This document shows, piece after piece, positions 50,217 through 58,801 of a DNA stretch of 64,000 bases. Position 1 is the stretch's first letter. Each line of letters starts with the position of its first letter. The notes under the pieces were generated by a model, which did not search any database, was not told where the DNA came from, and saw nothing but the letters and a program-made list of their open reading frames with translations. Origin of the DNA: an uncultured Pirellulales bacterium (GTDB taxonomy: Bacteria > Planctomycetota > Phycisphaerae > Sedimentisphaerales > Anaerobacaceae); assembly GCA_964494805.1 (NCBI GenBank), contig CAZBST010000007.1:44493-108492 (forward strand), written 5' to 3'. Both the position numbers and the translations under genes were made by a program.

Positions 50217-50306
50217 ATCTGAAGACTTAACTCCCCCTTATCTTCTGTCGAAGACAGAAAAGAGGGGAGCGGTTGCATAAAATTCTTTTTGAAAAGGGCA
50301 GGTCTT

Positions 50307-51281
50307 ATGAACCCGGGAAAAGATAAACCCTTAGCACAGCTTACATGGCTTATCCCTATCGCATTAATAGCCGTGGCCTTGCTCATAGTCCTTGTCGACA
50401 TATTTCTTCCTGGAAGCAGGATATTATATTTCGCATGGCTCCTTATTGCTCTAGCGCTTTTGGCGGTAGTTTCTTTGATACTCTTAAAAACATTTAAAAT
50501 TCTCAACTCACTTACGGAAAACGACACGAAGCTCGAAAAAATAGCCGAGACACTGGAAAAGAGCCGCTCTGTTTTGACACAAATCAACCAAAACACCCGC
50601 CTCAGCGAAGCAGCAAAAGCGGTTGCATTCCGCGATGCAGACATACAGTCCCTCAGGGAGGCCGTTTTTGATAAGCTCCAGCAGCAGGATTTCGATGCCG
50701 CCTACGAAGTGATTGATGAAATCGCCCTCCATATTGAGTATAAAAACCTGGCTGAGCAGCTACGGACTCAGGCAAACAATTACCGCGATGCAACCGACAC
50801 CGAAAGGGTAAATCAGGTCATATCGCATATCGAAAAGCTCTTTGAAAGCTCTCAGTGGGCCAAAGCCAGCGCCCAGATTGAAAGGTTAATCAGAGACTTT
50901 CCCAAATCCGAAAATGCAAAAGCAATGCGGCAGAAACTGCTCGATAAAAAAGAAGAGCGGAAAAAAATATTGCTCAACGCCTGGGATGATGCCATAAAAC
51001 GTCAGGCCACCGACCGAAGCCTGGAGATTCTAAGGGAGCTGGACCTCTACCTTACTCCAAATGAAGGGTTGGCTTTACAGGAAGCTGCAAAGGACGTTTT
51101 CAGAAACAAGCTGCACAACCTCGGCGTCCAATTCTCTCTGGCTGTATCCGGAAAACAATGGGCAAAAGCGATTGAGGCCGGCGAGCAGATTATTCACGAC
51201 TTCCCAAACAGCAAAATGGCCGAGGAAATTCACGAAAAGTGGGACATCCTGAGGCAGAAAGCCGAGCAGAGAGACAATTAA
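50307..51281 (+). CDS. Membrane protein with two N-terminal TM segments and a helical repeat (TPR-like) C-terminal domain
   Basis: Starts at MNPGKDKPLAQLTWLIPIALIAVALLIVLV. A second TM (FAWLLIALALLAVVSLILL) is followed by a long helical region. Confidence 0.55.
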   Translation: MNPGKDKPLAQLTWLIPIALIAVALLIVLVDIFLPGSRILYFAWLLIALALLAVVSLILLKTFKILNSLTENDTKLEKIAETLEKSRSVLTQINQNTRLSEAAKAVAFRDADIQSLREAVFDKLQQQDFDAAYEVIDEIALHIEYKNLAEQLRTQANNYRDATDTERVNQVISHIEKLFESSQWAKASAQIERLIRDFPKSENAKAMRQKLLDKKEERKKILLNAWDDAIKRQATDRSLEILRELDLYLTPNEGLALQEAAKDVFRNKLHNLGVQFSLAVSGKQWAKAIEAGEQIIHDFPNSKMAEEIHEKWDILRQKAEQRDN

Positions 51282-51427
51282 AATTGGGTTCGTTTGGGTT
51301 CGTTTTTGAGCTTGGCCGTTTTAAGTTTTTGGTTATTAGTCATTGTAATTACTACATTTACAAGCATTTTTGGCATTTCGAAAATTGGGTTCGTTTTGCA
51401 TTTTTTTGTTCATTTTGATTGATTTTT
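51282..51427 (-). repeat. R4 module, inverted copy
   Basis: The reverse complement reads aaaatcaatcaaaatgaacaaaaaaatgcaaaacgaacccaattttcgaaatgccaaaaatgcttgtaaatgtagtaattacaatgactaataacc... Confidence 0.8.
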
Positions 51428-51644
51428 CCTTCCAGCGCAGAAAATCTCCGTATCAACCGCAGAGGGCGCAGAGAACGCAGAGGAACAAGTTATAAATGGT
51501 ATTAGCTGTTTATCCGTAACCGCTCATTGGTAATTCCTTTAAAAAACTATCCCCCGCTACTTCGCTTCGGCGAAGTAAGACGACGGGGGCGACCCCCTTT
51601 AGAGTAAACGGCACTCTATACAAAGGGGCAGGCGAAGTGTCGTC

Positions 51645-51795
51645 TACAATTGGAGGGACTTGCGCGATTGATGCGAAAATTGTGGGGTTTTCAGAGGTGT
51701 GGTTTTGGCTAAGTCGTTATAGTTAAAGGGATAAAAAAATTTTGAAAAAATGGGTTTTAGGTATGGGGGTATCTGCGCTTTTGATTGAAGTTTAA
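51645..51795 (-). repeat. R5 module, inverted copy
   Basis: The reverse complement aligns with 25146-25296 (…cattttttcaaaatttttttatccctttaactataacgacttagccaaaaccacacctctgaaaa…ttttcgcatcaatcgcgcaagtccctccaatt). Confidence 0.8.
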
Positions 51796-51836
51796 CCGCT
51801 GAGAACGCAAAGAGCGCAGTGATTTTTAGATCTAAG

Positions 51837-51938
51837 TTGCTGTTGTTTCCGTAAGCCGCAATGAGGAACATCAGTATTACGCAGTCCGCAGGACGAAGTA
51901 AATAGGAAAGATGGCCGAACTGGAGGACACAACAGCAA
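51837..51938 (-). repeat. R1 102-nt TIR element, copy D (inverted)
   Basis: ttgctgttgtttccgtaagccgcaatgaggaac...cgcagtccgcaggacgaagtaaat...ggccgaactggaggacacaacagcaa is the reverse complement of the R1 consensus. Confidence 0.9.
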
Positions 51939-52027
51939 ATTTTAAGGATTGGAGAGGGAAGATTTCAGTAGGTGGCAATGCCACATAGCGCGGACATTTG
52001 CGTAGGTTTTTAGACACAGATTAGTTT

Positions 52028-55000
52028 TTATAACTGGGCGTTCAATTCTTCTAACCAATCCTGCAGCGTTTCTGCAAATTCCTGCCAGGCCTGTTCGCCC
52101 TGTTCTTCAATCATCATTTCTTTAAGTTGCTCATCGGAGAGCAGCTCCTGGAGACACTCTATGTTATTGTTTATCTCTTCTTCATCAATCTCTTCTTCGA
52201 TTTGTTCCGCCTGGGGTTGCGGTTGGGGTTCTGGTTGTAGCTCAGGTTCAGGTTGCGGCGGCTCAGGCGCAGATTGTTCAGGAGGTTGAGATTCAGGCTC
52301 GGGCTGTAGTTCGATTTGCGGTTGTTGAGGTGATGATGCGTAAAAGGCTCCGCCGAAGCCATCGCCCATTGACGTTTCTTCGCCTAACTGCAGGAGCCAA
52401 TAATCACAGAAGCGAGCGAGGTCGTCCATATCGATTATATCATTGTGGGGGACTGAGATATCGCAGACGGGATTGTAGTCCGGCTGTTCTGAGCTTGTCA
52501 GCCAGGCCTGGGCGAAAACTGCAAAGTCATAAAAGTCAACGACGCAGTCCGGCTTAAAGTCGCCTACCGGATAGCATCCAGGAAAACACCTCATCCCTAA
52601 ATACAGCCGAATATCCTCAAAGAACACGGTGCCATCGCTTTCAGCCGGCGTACCGTCGCCGAAACCGATAATAATTTTCTTAACATCGGCCAGATTTACG
52701 TCATTATCATCAACGAAATCCTGCAGGACAATATTCCACTGGTGCCATTCTTCCTCTGTTATGTCGCTCATATAGGGATATTCCACTTTCCCGGTAGCGT
52801 CTTCGCCATCGGTTAGTTTCACATACATCTGCTGGTTGGCGTCATTGGTTGCTATGCCATAGAACCACAGCGACAATACTTTAGCGCCCATATCAAGCCA
52901 ATTCGGGTCTTTTCCAAGGTCGTCCAGCTGCGCGGTATTAACATCTGCTCTGGCCTCAGAATAGTATGGCCCATACGAATAATTCAAGAAATTATACCTC
53001 ATCGAATATCCACTGCGGCTCGGCCCCGACACATTAGAAACTATCGCGCAGGTGTAGGGGAGGTCCTGGGTCCAATAATCCTTCCATGTATCCCTCAGCC
53101 TATCAGGGTAAAAGGCACCATACGTCTTATTAAAATTGTCTATGAGATAGCAATCCGTCGTAAAGCCCCATACACTACCTCTCCATACGTTAGAGTCGTT
53201 GACTTCGTCGATACGCCAATAGTAAGTTGTCCCTAATTCAATTTTATTGGCCTCGATTGGATAAGAGGGATTGGAAACCGGGCCTTTATAAACTTCGCCG
53301 AGCGGCCAGGAGTTATTGGCATCGTTGACATCGTTGAAATTGGTGCCGAAGTAGATTTCGTGGCCATTAAGAGCGGCAGCAAAATATCCCGAGCACCAGG
53401 TGAGGTTGAGGTTAGGTTCGCCAGTGCATAAAAAATCAGATAATTCCCCGCAGGTCGGGTTGGGGTTACTTGCGCAGAGGACAGGTGTATGTTCACGAGT
53501 CCAGCGGGAATAATTACCGCCACTGATTTTGCATAAATTTGTGATTGAACCATAAGACGGGATGCAATCATTTACTTTTGCCGTTAACGTAACAGAATTC
53601 GATTCATTCGGTTCCAATGTGCCGATGTTCCAGGTAACGGTGTGAGTGCTGGGGTGATAAACACTATTTGGGCCGGAGGCGGAGATAAAGGCGAGGTCAT
53701 CAGGCAATAAATCAGTAATTACAACATCGTTGATGGTACCTATATAGTTAGGGTCGCCAACAGGCGGATTGAGGTAACTGATGGTATAATTTACATCATT
53801 GCCGGGGAGGACACCATTGGCGTCAGCGATATTATCAACCTTATTCAGAGATAGACCTAATGCGTTGGCAATGGCGAGAGCGTTGAAAAGATTTAGTCGG
53901 CCTCCTGTAACGCAAAGACCATTCAAAGCAGATTTTTGGTCAACAGAATTGAGAATAATATCTTTTACATTAAGATGAATCAGAGTTGGATTAATCGACC
54001 AGACAAGTGCAGCGGCCCCTGCAACAAACGGGGTAGACATTGATGTCCCGTCCTTATAATTGTATTGTCCGTATACCGCGCAGCTTAAGATATTCGACCC
54101 AGGCGCAGCCAAATCAACAGAAGTAAGACCCCAGTTTGAGCTTCCCGAGGCCCATATCGACCGCACATCATTAGAATCAGAAGCCATTACCGAGATGATG
54201 TTGCTGCAATCAAAACGGGCTGGATAAGATGGATATGAGTAACCATCGTTCCCTGCAGCCGCTATGAATAAGACACCCATCGCATTAGCGACATCAATGG
54301 CATCCTTCAACTCCTGGTCATATTCATAGCTACCCCACGAGTTGCTCAGGACCTTTGCTCCTTTATCAATAGCATATTCAATACAGGAGATGGCATTTGC
54401 TGTCGAACCCCCTTCACCCAAATCGTTTAGAAACTTCAAGGCCATTATCTTTACATTCCAGCAGACGCCCGTAACGCCCTGAGAATTGTTGCCCACAGCA
54501 CCTATTATTCCTGCGCAATGAGTGCCGTGCCCATTGTCATCCATCGGGTCACTGTCATTGTTATAGAAATCATACCCGAAACTACCATTGGAGTCTGTCC
54601 ACATATTGGCTGACAAGTCTGGATGGGTGTAATCAACGCCGGAGTCGATAACAGCCACGATAATGTTACTATCTCTTGTGATATACCAAGCCTCGGGCGC
54701 ATCAATATCGGCATCCGGCGTTCCGCCGGTCTGGCCTGTGTTGTGCAGTCCCCATTGGTCGCCGCCGTTAGGAACAGGACCGCAGGGGTCGTTGGGGAAG
54801 GTCGAGAAAGCATGATAGATGTAATTCGGCTGAATATGGATAATATCTGATGAGGTACCGAAAGTTGCTAAGGCAGATTCTACAGATATTCCTTGAGGTA
54901 ATTTAACCAAGCTTAATTCCGGAACGAGCTTGTAACTTCGAACTATGGAGCCGCCGCCCAAAGATGAAAGAATTTCTGCCTTCTCTCCTGCACTGCGTTG

Positions 55001-55147
55001 CTCCCCATTATCTTTTAACTTGAAGCGCACAAGTACCTCACTGGGAACATAGTTCGGCTCGATAGCTGAACCGGCAGATGATATGAATAAAAAAGAAGAT
55101 GTAATTACCATGATGATTATATTTCTGGACATGGGGTGATTCTCCAT
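52028..55147 (-). CDS. Secreted multidomain subtilisin-like serine protease (S8) with I9 propeptide, dockerin-like repeats and an acidic P/E/Q-rich tail
   Basis: 1039 aa with a signal peptide. Catalytic triad motifs are VAVIDSGVDYTHPDL, HGTHCAGIIGA and GTSMSTPFVAGAAAL. Also a TYYWRIDEV...WGFTT module. GDFKPDCVVDFYDFAVFAQAWL and DIIDMDDLARFCDYWL look dockerin/EF-hand-like. The tail reads QPQIELQPEPESQPPEQSAPEPPQPEPELQPEPQPQPQ. Start could be Met at 55132. Confidence 0.85.
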   Translation of the reverse strand: MENHPMSRNIIIMVITSSFLFISSAGSAIEPNYVPSEVLVRFKLKDNGEQRSAGEKAEILSSLGGGSIVRSYKLVPELSLVKLPQGISVESALATFGTSSDIIHIQPNYIYHAFSTFPNDPCGPVPNGGDQWGLHNTGQTGGTPDADIDAPEAWYITRDSNIIVAVIDSGVDYTHPDLSANMWTDSNGSFGYDFYNNDSDPMDDNGHGTHCAGIIGAVGNNSQGVTGVCWNVKIMALKFLNDLGEGGSTANAISCIEYAIDKGAKVLSNSWGSYEYDQELKDAIDVANAMGVLFIAAAGNDGYSYPSYPARFDCSNIISVMASDSNDVRSIWASGSSNWGLTSVDLAAPGSNILSCAVYGQYNYKDGTSMSTPFVAGAAALVWSINPTLIHLNVKDIILNSVDQKSALNGLCVTGGRLNLFNALAIANALGLSLNKVDNIADANGVLPGNDVNYTISYLNPPVGDPNYIGTINDVVITDLLPDDLAFISASGPNSVYHPSTHTVTWNIGTLEPNESNSVTLTAKVNDCIPSYGSITNLCKISGGNYSRWTREHTPVLCASNPNPTCGELSDFLCTGEPNLNLTWCSGYFAAALNGHEIYFGTNFNDVNDANNSWPLGEVYKGPVSNPSYPIEANKIELGTTYYWRIDEVNDSNVWRGSVWGFTTDCYLIDNFNKTYGAFYPDRLRDTWKDYWTQDLPYTCAIVSNVSGPSRSGYSMRYNFLNYSYGPYYSEARADVNTAQLDDLGKDPNWLDMGAKVLSLWFYGIATNDANQQMYVKLTDGEDATGKVEYPYMSDITEEEWHQWNIVLQDFVDDNDVNLADVKKIIIGFGDGTPAESDGTVFFEDIRLYLGMRCFPGCYPVGDFKPDCVVDFYDFAVFAQAWLTSSEQPDYNPVCDISVPHNDIIDMDDLARFCDYWLLQLGEETSMGDGFGGAFYASSPQQPQIELQPEPESQPPEQSAPEPPQPEPELQPEPQPQPQAEQIEEEIDEEEINNNIECLQELLSDEQLKEMMIEEQGEQAWQEFAETLQDWLEELNAQL

Positions 55148-55194
55148 AAAAGAATATTCCCTTATTCCAACGTGACCGGTCCCGAGTGCACGGG

Positions 55195-55782
55195 TTAACC
55201 TATGCGGCTATGACTTTTGCGCCGAATAATCTGCGTAAATCCAGAGACAAGTAATATAAAAGTAGCTGGCTCAGGGATGACCGTCCCTTCGACAATCAAT
55301 GTCGCATCATTCAGCACAACAGAACCGTAATCAATATAGTGCCATCCACCTGTACCAACGAATGAGATATGGCTAATCCTAATATTGCCTTGGCCGTCAA
55401 GAAGGTCCGACCAACTGGATGTTGGTGAAAGCGAGAATTGTGAAATTCTGTCAAAAATCTCTGGTTCTGGATCAGTTTCGGCCCCGCCCCATATTTCTGT
55501 AAGTCGAGGCCATGGATTAGAACCCAAGGATGCACGGATTCCTACATCCAGAGGAAACGGGTTGCAGGGGTCGGTGTCATATACCGCCAGACCAGCGGTG
55601 ATTCCACCCGACCAGTCGATATAAACGTGCGATATTTCACTAAAAGTAACTCCGAGGTTGAAATCTGCTTGCCAATATGAATTGAAACCATACGTTCCCG
55701 CACAGTTCAAGGGCAGTTCGACGGTATCGCCCAAAGCTACTCCCGCCATTGCAAGTATTATCGCAATAATCGCATATTTCAT
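55195..55782 (-). CDS. PEP-CTERM sorting-signal protein P1
   Basis: 195 aa with a signal peptide. C-terminus VIPEPATFILLVSGFTQIIRRKSHSRIG: PEP motif, then TM, then a basic tail. Confidence 0.8.
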   Translation of the reverse strand: MKYAIIAIILAMAGVALGDTVELPLNCAGTYGFNSYWQADFNLGVTFSEISHVYIDWSGGITAGLAVYDTDPCNPFPLDVGIRASLGSNPWPRLTEIWGGAETDPEPEIFDRISQFSLSPTSSWSDLLDGQGNIRISHISFVGTGGWHYIDYGSVVLNDATLIVEGTVIPEPATFILLVSGFTQIIRRKSHSRIG

Positions 55783-55914
55783 TTTTGCCTCCTCAACTTA
55801 CGCTTTTAACCTTTACATTATTATACCACATTTTGACCTCCCAAAACAACTAAAAATCAAGATAAAGGCCTCATTTTCCACTATTAAGATGCAGAAAAGG
55901 GGGGAAGTGTTCCC
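55776..55914 (-). repeat. Promoter/leader repeat L1, copy 1 (upstream of P1)
   Basis: About 139 nt, nearly identical to 57242-57380. The minus strand contains TGgTATAAT and GAGGAGG 5 nt before the ATG. Confidence 0.85.
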
Positions 55915-56006
55915 TTAACTTTCTTGAATTATAAAAAGGTTGCCAGAAATGAGGGAGTTTTTGAGGCCTTTCATGTTATTATCTGGTGATTAGAGGCAGT
56001 ACTTTC

Positions 56007-56035
56007 TTGACATTTTCATGTCAATCAAATAAAAT
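56007..56035 (+). promoter_or_regulatory. 18-bp palindrome TTGACATTTTCATGTCAA overlapping a TTGACA-17-TAAAAT promoter for P2
   Basis: ttgaca ttttcatgtcaatcaaa taaaat. The palindrome spans 56007-56024 and recurs at 58784-58801. Confidence 0.5.
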
Positions 56036-56108
56036 ATTTTGTGAGTAGTTTTTTGGTATGCCCCACTCGTTGAGGAAGCGGTTATTTCGTAGTATAAGGG
56101 AGGCAGGC

Positions 56109-56564
56109 ATGAAACGATTATTGCCAATAGCTATTATTATGATAATAATATTTTGCCCTCTGAAAACAGCGAAGGGAATTCTGATAGAAGATGTACATAC
56201 GGATCCGATCGAACCAAAAGATGTAGACATCATTACGATAGTTGTTTCCGGGATAGGTGGAACTCCAACTTGGATAGATGATTCTGATTTTCGAATAGAA
56301 GATACCTCTCTCGAACTCGATATCTTTTTAAGGTTTGGCCCTTACGGAGCGATATCACCATGGTCTCATTCAGAGATAATCGGGACGCTGCCTGCGAATT
56401 ACTATGACCTTGCCGTAAGTGCATATGTTTATAATGATTTAACCGAGATATATGAGTTTAGAGAAACATATTCAACCGGATTCACCGTTGTTCCGGAACC
56501 GGCGACATTGCTGCTATTGACTATGGGAGCGGTTTGGATTCGAGCAGGAAAACGCAGAACGTAA
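56109..56564 (+). CDS. PEP-CTERM sorting-signal protein P2 (paralog of P4)
   Basis: ATG 56109 with GGGAGG upstream, and a signal peptide. C-terminus FTVVPEPATLLLLTMGAVWIRAGKRRT. Confidence 0.8.
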   Translation: MKRLLPIAIIMIIIFCPLKTAKGILIEDVHTDPIEPKDVDIITIVVSGIGGTPTWIDDSDFRIEDTSLELDIFLRFGPYGAISPWSHSEIIGTLPANYYDLAVSAYVYNDLTEIYEFRETYSTGFTVVPEPATLLLLTMGAVWIRAGKRRT

Positions 56565-56651
56565 CATCAAAAAATGGCGGCTGTCCCCATAGAAGAAATT
56601 TAAAAATCAATCCGTCTTTGCTGTGCTACGCCGAGACGCTGCGCGAATGCA

Positions 56652-56685
56652 AAAATAAAAATTGCGGAGCCGCTTCGCGGGGATT
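56652..56685 (-). repeat. R6 short hairpin repeat, inverted copy
   Basis: aaaataaaaattgcggagccgcttcgcggggatt, close to the reverse complement of 16437-16470. Lies between the convergent stops of P2 and P3. Confidence 0.7.
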
Positions 56686-56696
56686 TTTAGAAGTGA

Positions 56697-57248
56697 TTAA
56701 ACGATTCTTTTTCTTGTTAAATAAATTATGCCGCCAAGGAGTAAGGCCAATGAACTTGGTTCGGGAACAACAACTATTGGGACTGAAACCATACTATCAT
56801 AATCAGGTTCTGGTGCACCGCCGTCCAATCCGCCAATTACATCGTATTCGCCAACATTTATTAGATTGTCTTCGCTGTCCCGCATATCCCATATATAAGG
56901 AGGGTCAAAATCAGGAAACTCTTTATATTCACCGGGGGCCAATGTAAACATAGTAGGCTTGGCATACCAACCCTCTACGGCTGACCAAATATTTTCCCCA
57001 TCCTTTTCGACCCAGAAGTTCCATGCGGGACTACCGCCAAAATAAAATGTTACATCCTCACTTCTCAAATTGGTTACTCTATAAAGCATTTCTACATCTT
57101 CGCCTAAATCGTAAGTAGATTTATTCGTCTGGACGTAGTATTCGATGCCATCTTCAATTATGGAATTTGAATTAATTGTTGCCATTGCGATGGGGGTTAC
57201 CCCAAATACCAGCACCATAAGGGAGATTGCAGAGATTACCTTTTTCAT
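56697..57248 (-). CDS. PEP-CTERM protein P3 with a BsuPI-like (intracellular proteinase inhibitor fold) domain
   Basis: 183 aa. TYDLGEDVEMLYRVTNLRSEDVTFYFGGSPAWNFWVEKDGENIWS...FTLAPGEYKEF...GEYDVIG matches the BsuPI pattern as I recall it. C-terminus VVVPEPSSLALLLGGIIYLTRKRIV. Confidence 0.6.
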   Translation of the reverse strand: MKKVISAISLMVLVFGVTPIAMATINSNSIIEDGIEYYVQTNKSTYDLGEDVEMLYRVTNLRSEDVTFYFGGSPAWNFWVEKDGENIWSAVEGWYAKPTMFTLAPGEYKEFPDFDPPYIWDMRDSEDNLINVGEYDVIGGLDGGAPEPDYDSMVSVPIVVVPEPSSLALLLGGIIYLTRKRIV

Positions 57249-57380
57249 TTTTGCCTCCTCAACTTACGCTTTTAACCTTTACATTATTATACCACATTTC
57301 GACCTCCCAAAACAGCTAAAAATCAAGATAAAGGCCTCATTTTCCACTATTAAGATGCAGGAAAAGGGGAAACTGTTCCG
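57242..57380 (-). repeat. Promoter/leader repeat L1, copy 2 (upstream of P3)
   Basis: Differs from copy 1 at only a handful of positions (for example tttTgacc/tttCgacc and acaActaa/acaGctaa). Confidence 0.85.
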
Positions 57381-57405
57381 TAAATTCAATCAAAATTCTT
57401 AAAAA

Positions 57406-57996
57406 TTACGTTATCAGATAACCGTTGTTATCGTCGTCTATGCCGTTACCGGGAATTTCTCCCGGGTTAATCCACATATTTGCTTTCAGGTCAGGGTGAG
57501 TGTAGTCAACGCCAGTGTCAATTACAGCAACGATAATGTTACTGTCGGTGGCGATGTCCCAAGCCACCGGCGCATCAATGTCGGCATCGGATATTCCTCC
57601 GGTTTGGCCAGTGTTGTGTATTCCCCAGAGCTGACTAAAATATGGGTCGTTGGGAAGCGTTGAATAGCGTTTAATTTTATAGTTAGGTTCTACATACAAG
57701 ATTTCGTCGGTATTTTTAAATAAGGAGAGAGCGTTTTCGACTGTCTGATTTTCAGGTAGCTTTACTAAGGTCAAGCCTGGAACAAATCTCATAGATTTTT
57801 TTATTGTGCCTGCACTAAAGGCAGCCAAAATCTGATTACATTCGTGGATAGTCCGCTGAACTCCTGTGGTTTTTGGGGCGAATCTTACGAGTAATTCACC
57901 TTCCTTGTAAGGCAAATCTGAGGCTCCGGCATAATTTGAGATGAATACAAAACAAATAACAGAGATATAAAGATATCCACATCCTTTTTTAGACAT
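57406..57996 (-). pseudogene. Truncated S8 subtilase paralog (signal peptide, I9 propeptide and the Asp box only)
   Basis: 196 aa, collinear with the N-terminus of the 1039-aa protease (…NTGQTGG.SDADIDAP.AW....DSNIIVAVIDTGVDYTHPDLKANMW…). It stops at DDDNNGYLIT, before the His and Ser boxes and about 25 nt from the L1 repeat boundary. Confidence 0.6.
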
Positions 57997-58045
57997 AAAA
58001 TGACCCTCCTTGAGATAAGGTTAAATTTATTCTGGTTTTGCTTAA

Positions 58046-58540
58046 CTATCGCAGCCCCTTGGTTTTCCTTCTGGGAAAGTTTCTGAAGAACGGCAAAGCG
58101 AGGACAAAAATAGTAAGCATACTTGGCTCCGGGACGACAGTGAAATCAACATTATAGATATCCTGGAGCGTGCTATCGTAATTATCGAATGCTCTGACTT
58201 CAAGACTGTAAACCTCCGCAGGCAAAGGTGAAATTTGCTTGGAATAGGTCCAGTTGCTTAACGAATACTGGGCACCCATCTCAATATACAAGTCTAACTG
58301 AAGTGACGTTCCATTCTGTGAAAACAGGTCGTGTTCTACCCAACTCGGTGAGGTAGCTGCCCAGCCAGATATATTGAAGGTTATTATGTCGGTTTCTAAC
58401 GGCTGATTTGGGATTATATCAACGTTGTCTATCTGAATAGTGACCCCTATAGCTATTGGTTGGTATATAAATACTAACAAAACTATAAAAAGGGCTGTTG
58501 ACCACGTTTTTGTTCTAATTTCGAATATTATCTTTCTCAT
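58046..58540 (-). CDS. PEP-CTERM sorting-signal protein P4 (paralog of P2)
   Basis: 164 aa. Shares DIITxxxSG, TSLxLD, LPAxxYxL and FTVVPEP with P2. C-terminus VVPEPSMLTIFVLALPFFRNFPRRKTKGLR. Confidence 0.8.
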   Translation of the reverse strand: MRKIIFEIRTKTWSTALFIVLLVFIYQPIAIGVTIQIDNVDIIPNQPLETDIITFNISGWAATSPSWVEHDLFSQNGTSLQLDLYIEMGAQYSLSNWTYSKQISPLPAEVYSLEVRAFDNYDSTLQDIYNVDFTVVPEPSMLTIFVLALPFFRNFPRRKTKGLR

Positions 58541-58672
58541 ACTCCATCTCCTTCAAACAGCAGCCCTATAGACTGGACTACTCATTCAATTAACCGCTTC
58601 CTCGTTATAGCGTGGTATATTTATACCCTATTTTACCACTGCCTGAGCCGTAAAGTCAAGAGAAAAAACGCA
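58541..58672 (-). repeat. Promoter/leader repeat L2, copy 1 (upstream of P4; TTGACT-18-TAAAAT at 58630-58659)
   Basis: The minus strand reads cTTGACTttacggctcaggcagtggTAAAATagggtataaatataccacgctataacgaggaagcggttaattgaa... It is homologous to 59583-59734. Confidence 0.7.
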
Positions 58673-58783
58673 AGCATATCTTGTTATAAGATGCGCAAAA
58701 GCGGTTAAATGTTCCCATAATTTTCCTTAAATCTGTAAAGAATAACCGGACGAAAAATGGTGGCTGTTCCTAGTTTCCCTCCC

Positions 58784-58801
58784 TTGACATTTTCGTGTCA
58801 A
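58784..58801. promoter_or_regulatory. Second copy of the 18-bp palindrome (TTGACATTTTCGTGTCAA)
   Basis: Overlaps the stop codon of the 62-aa ORF. No -10 box is suitably spaced on either strand, so it looks more like an operator than a promoter. Confidence 0.4.
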
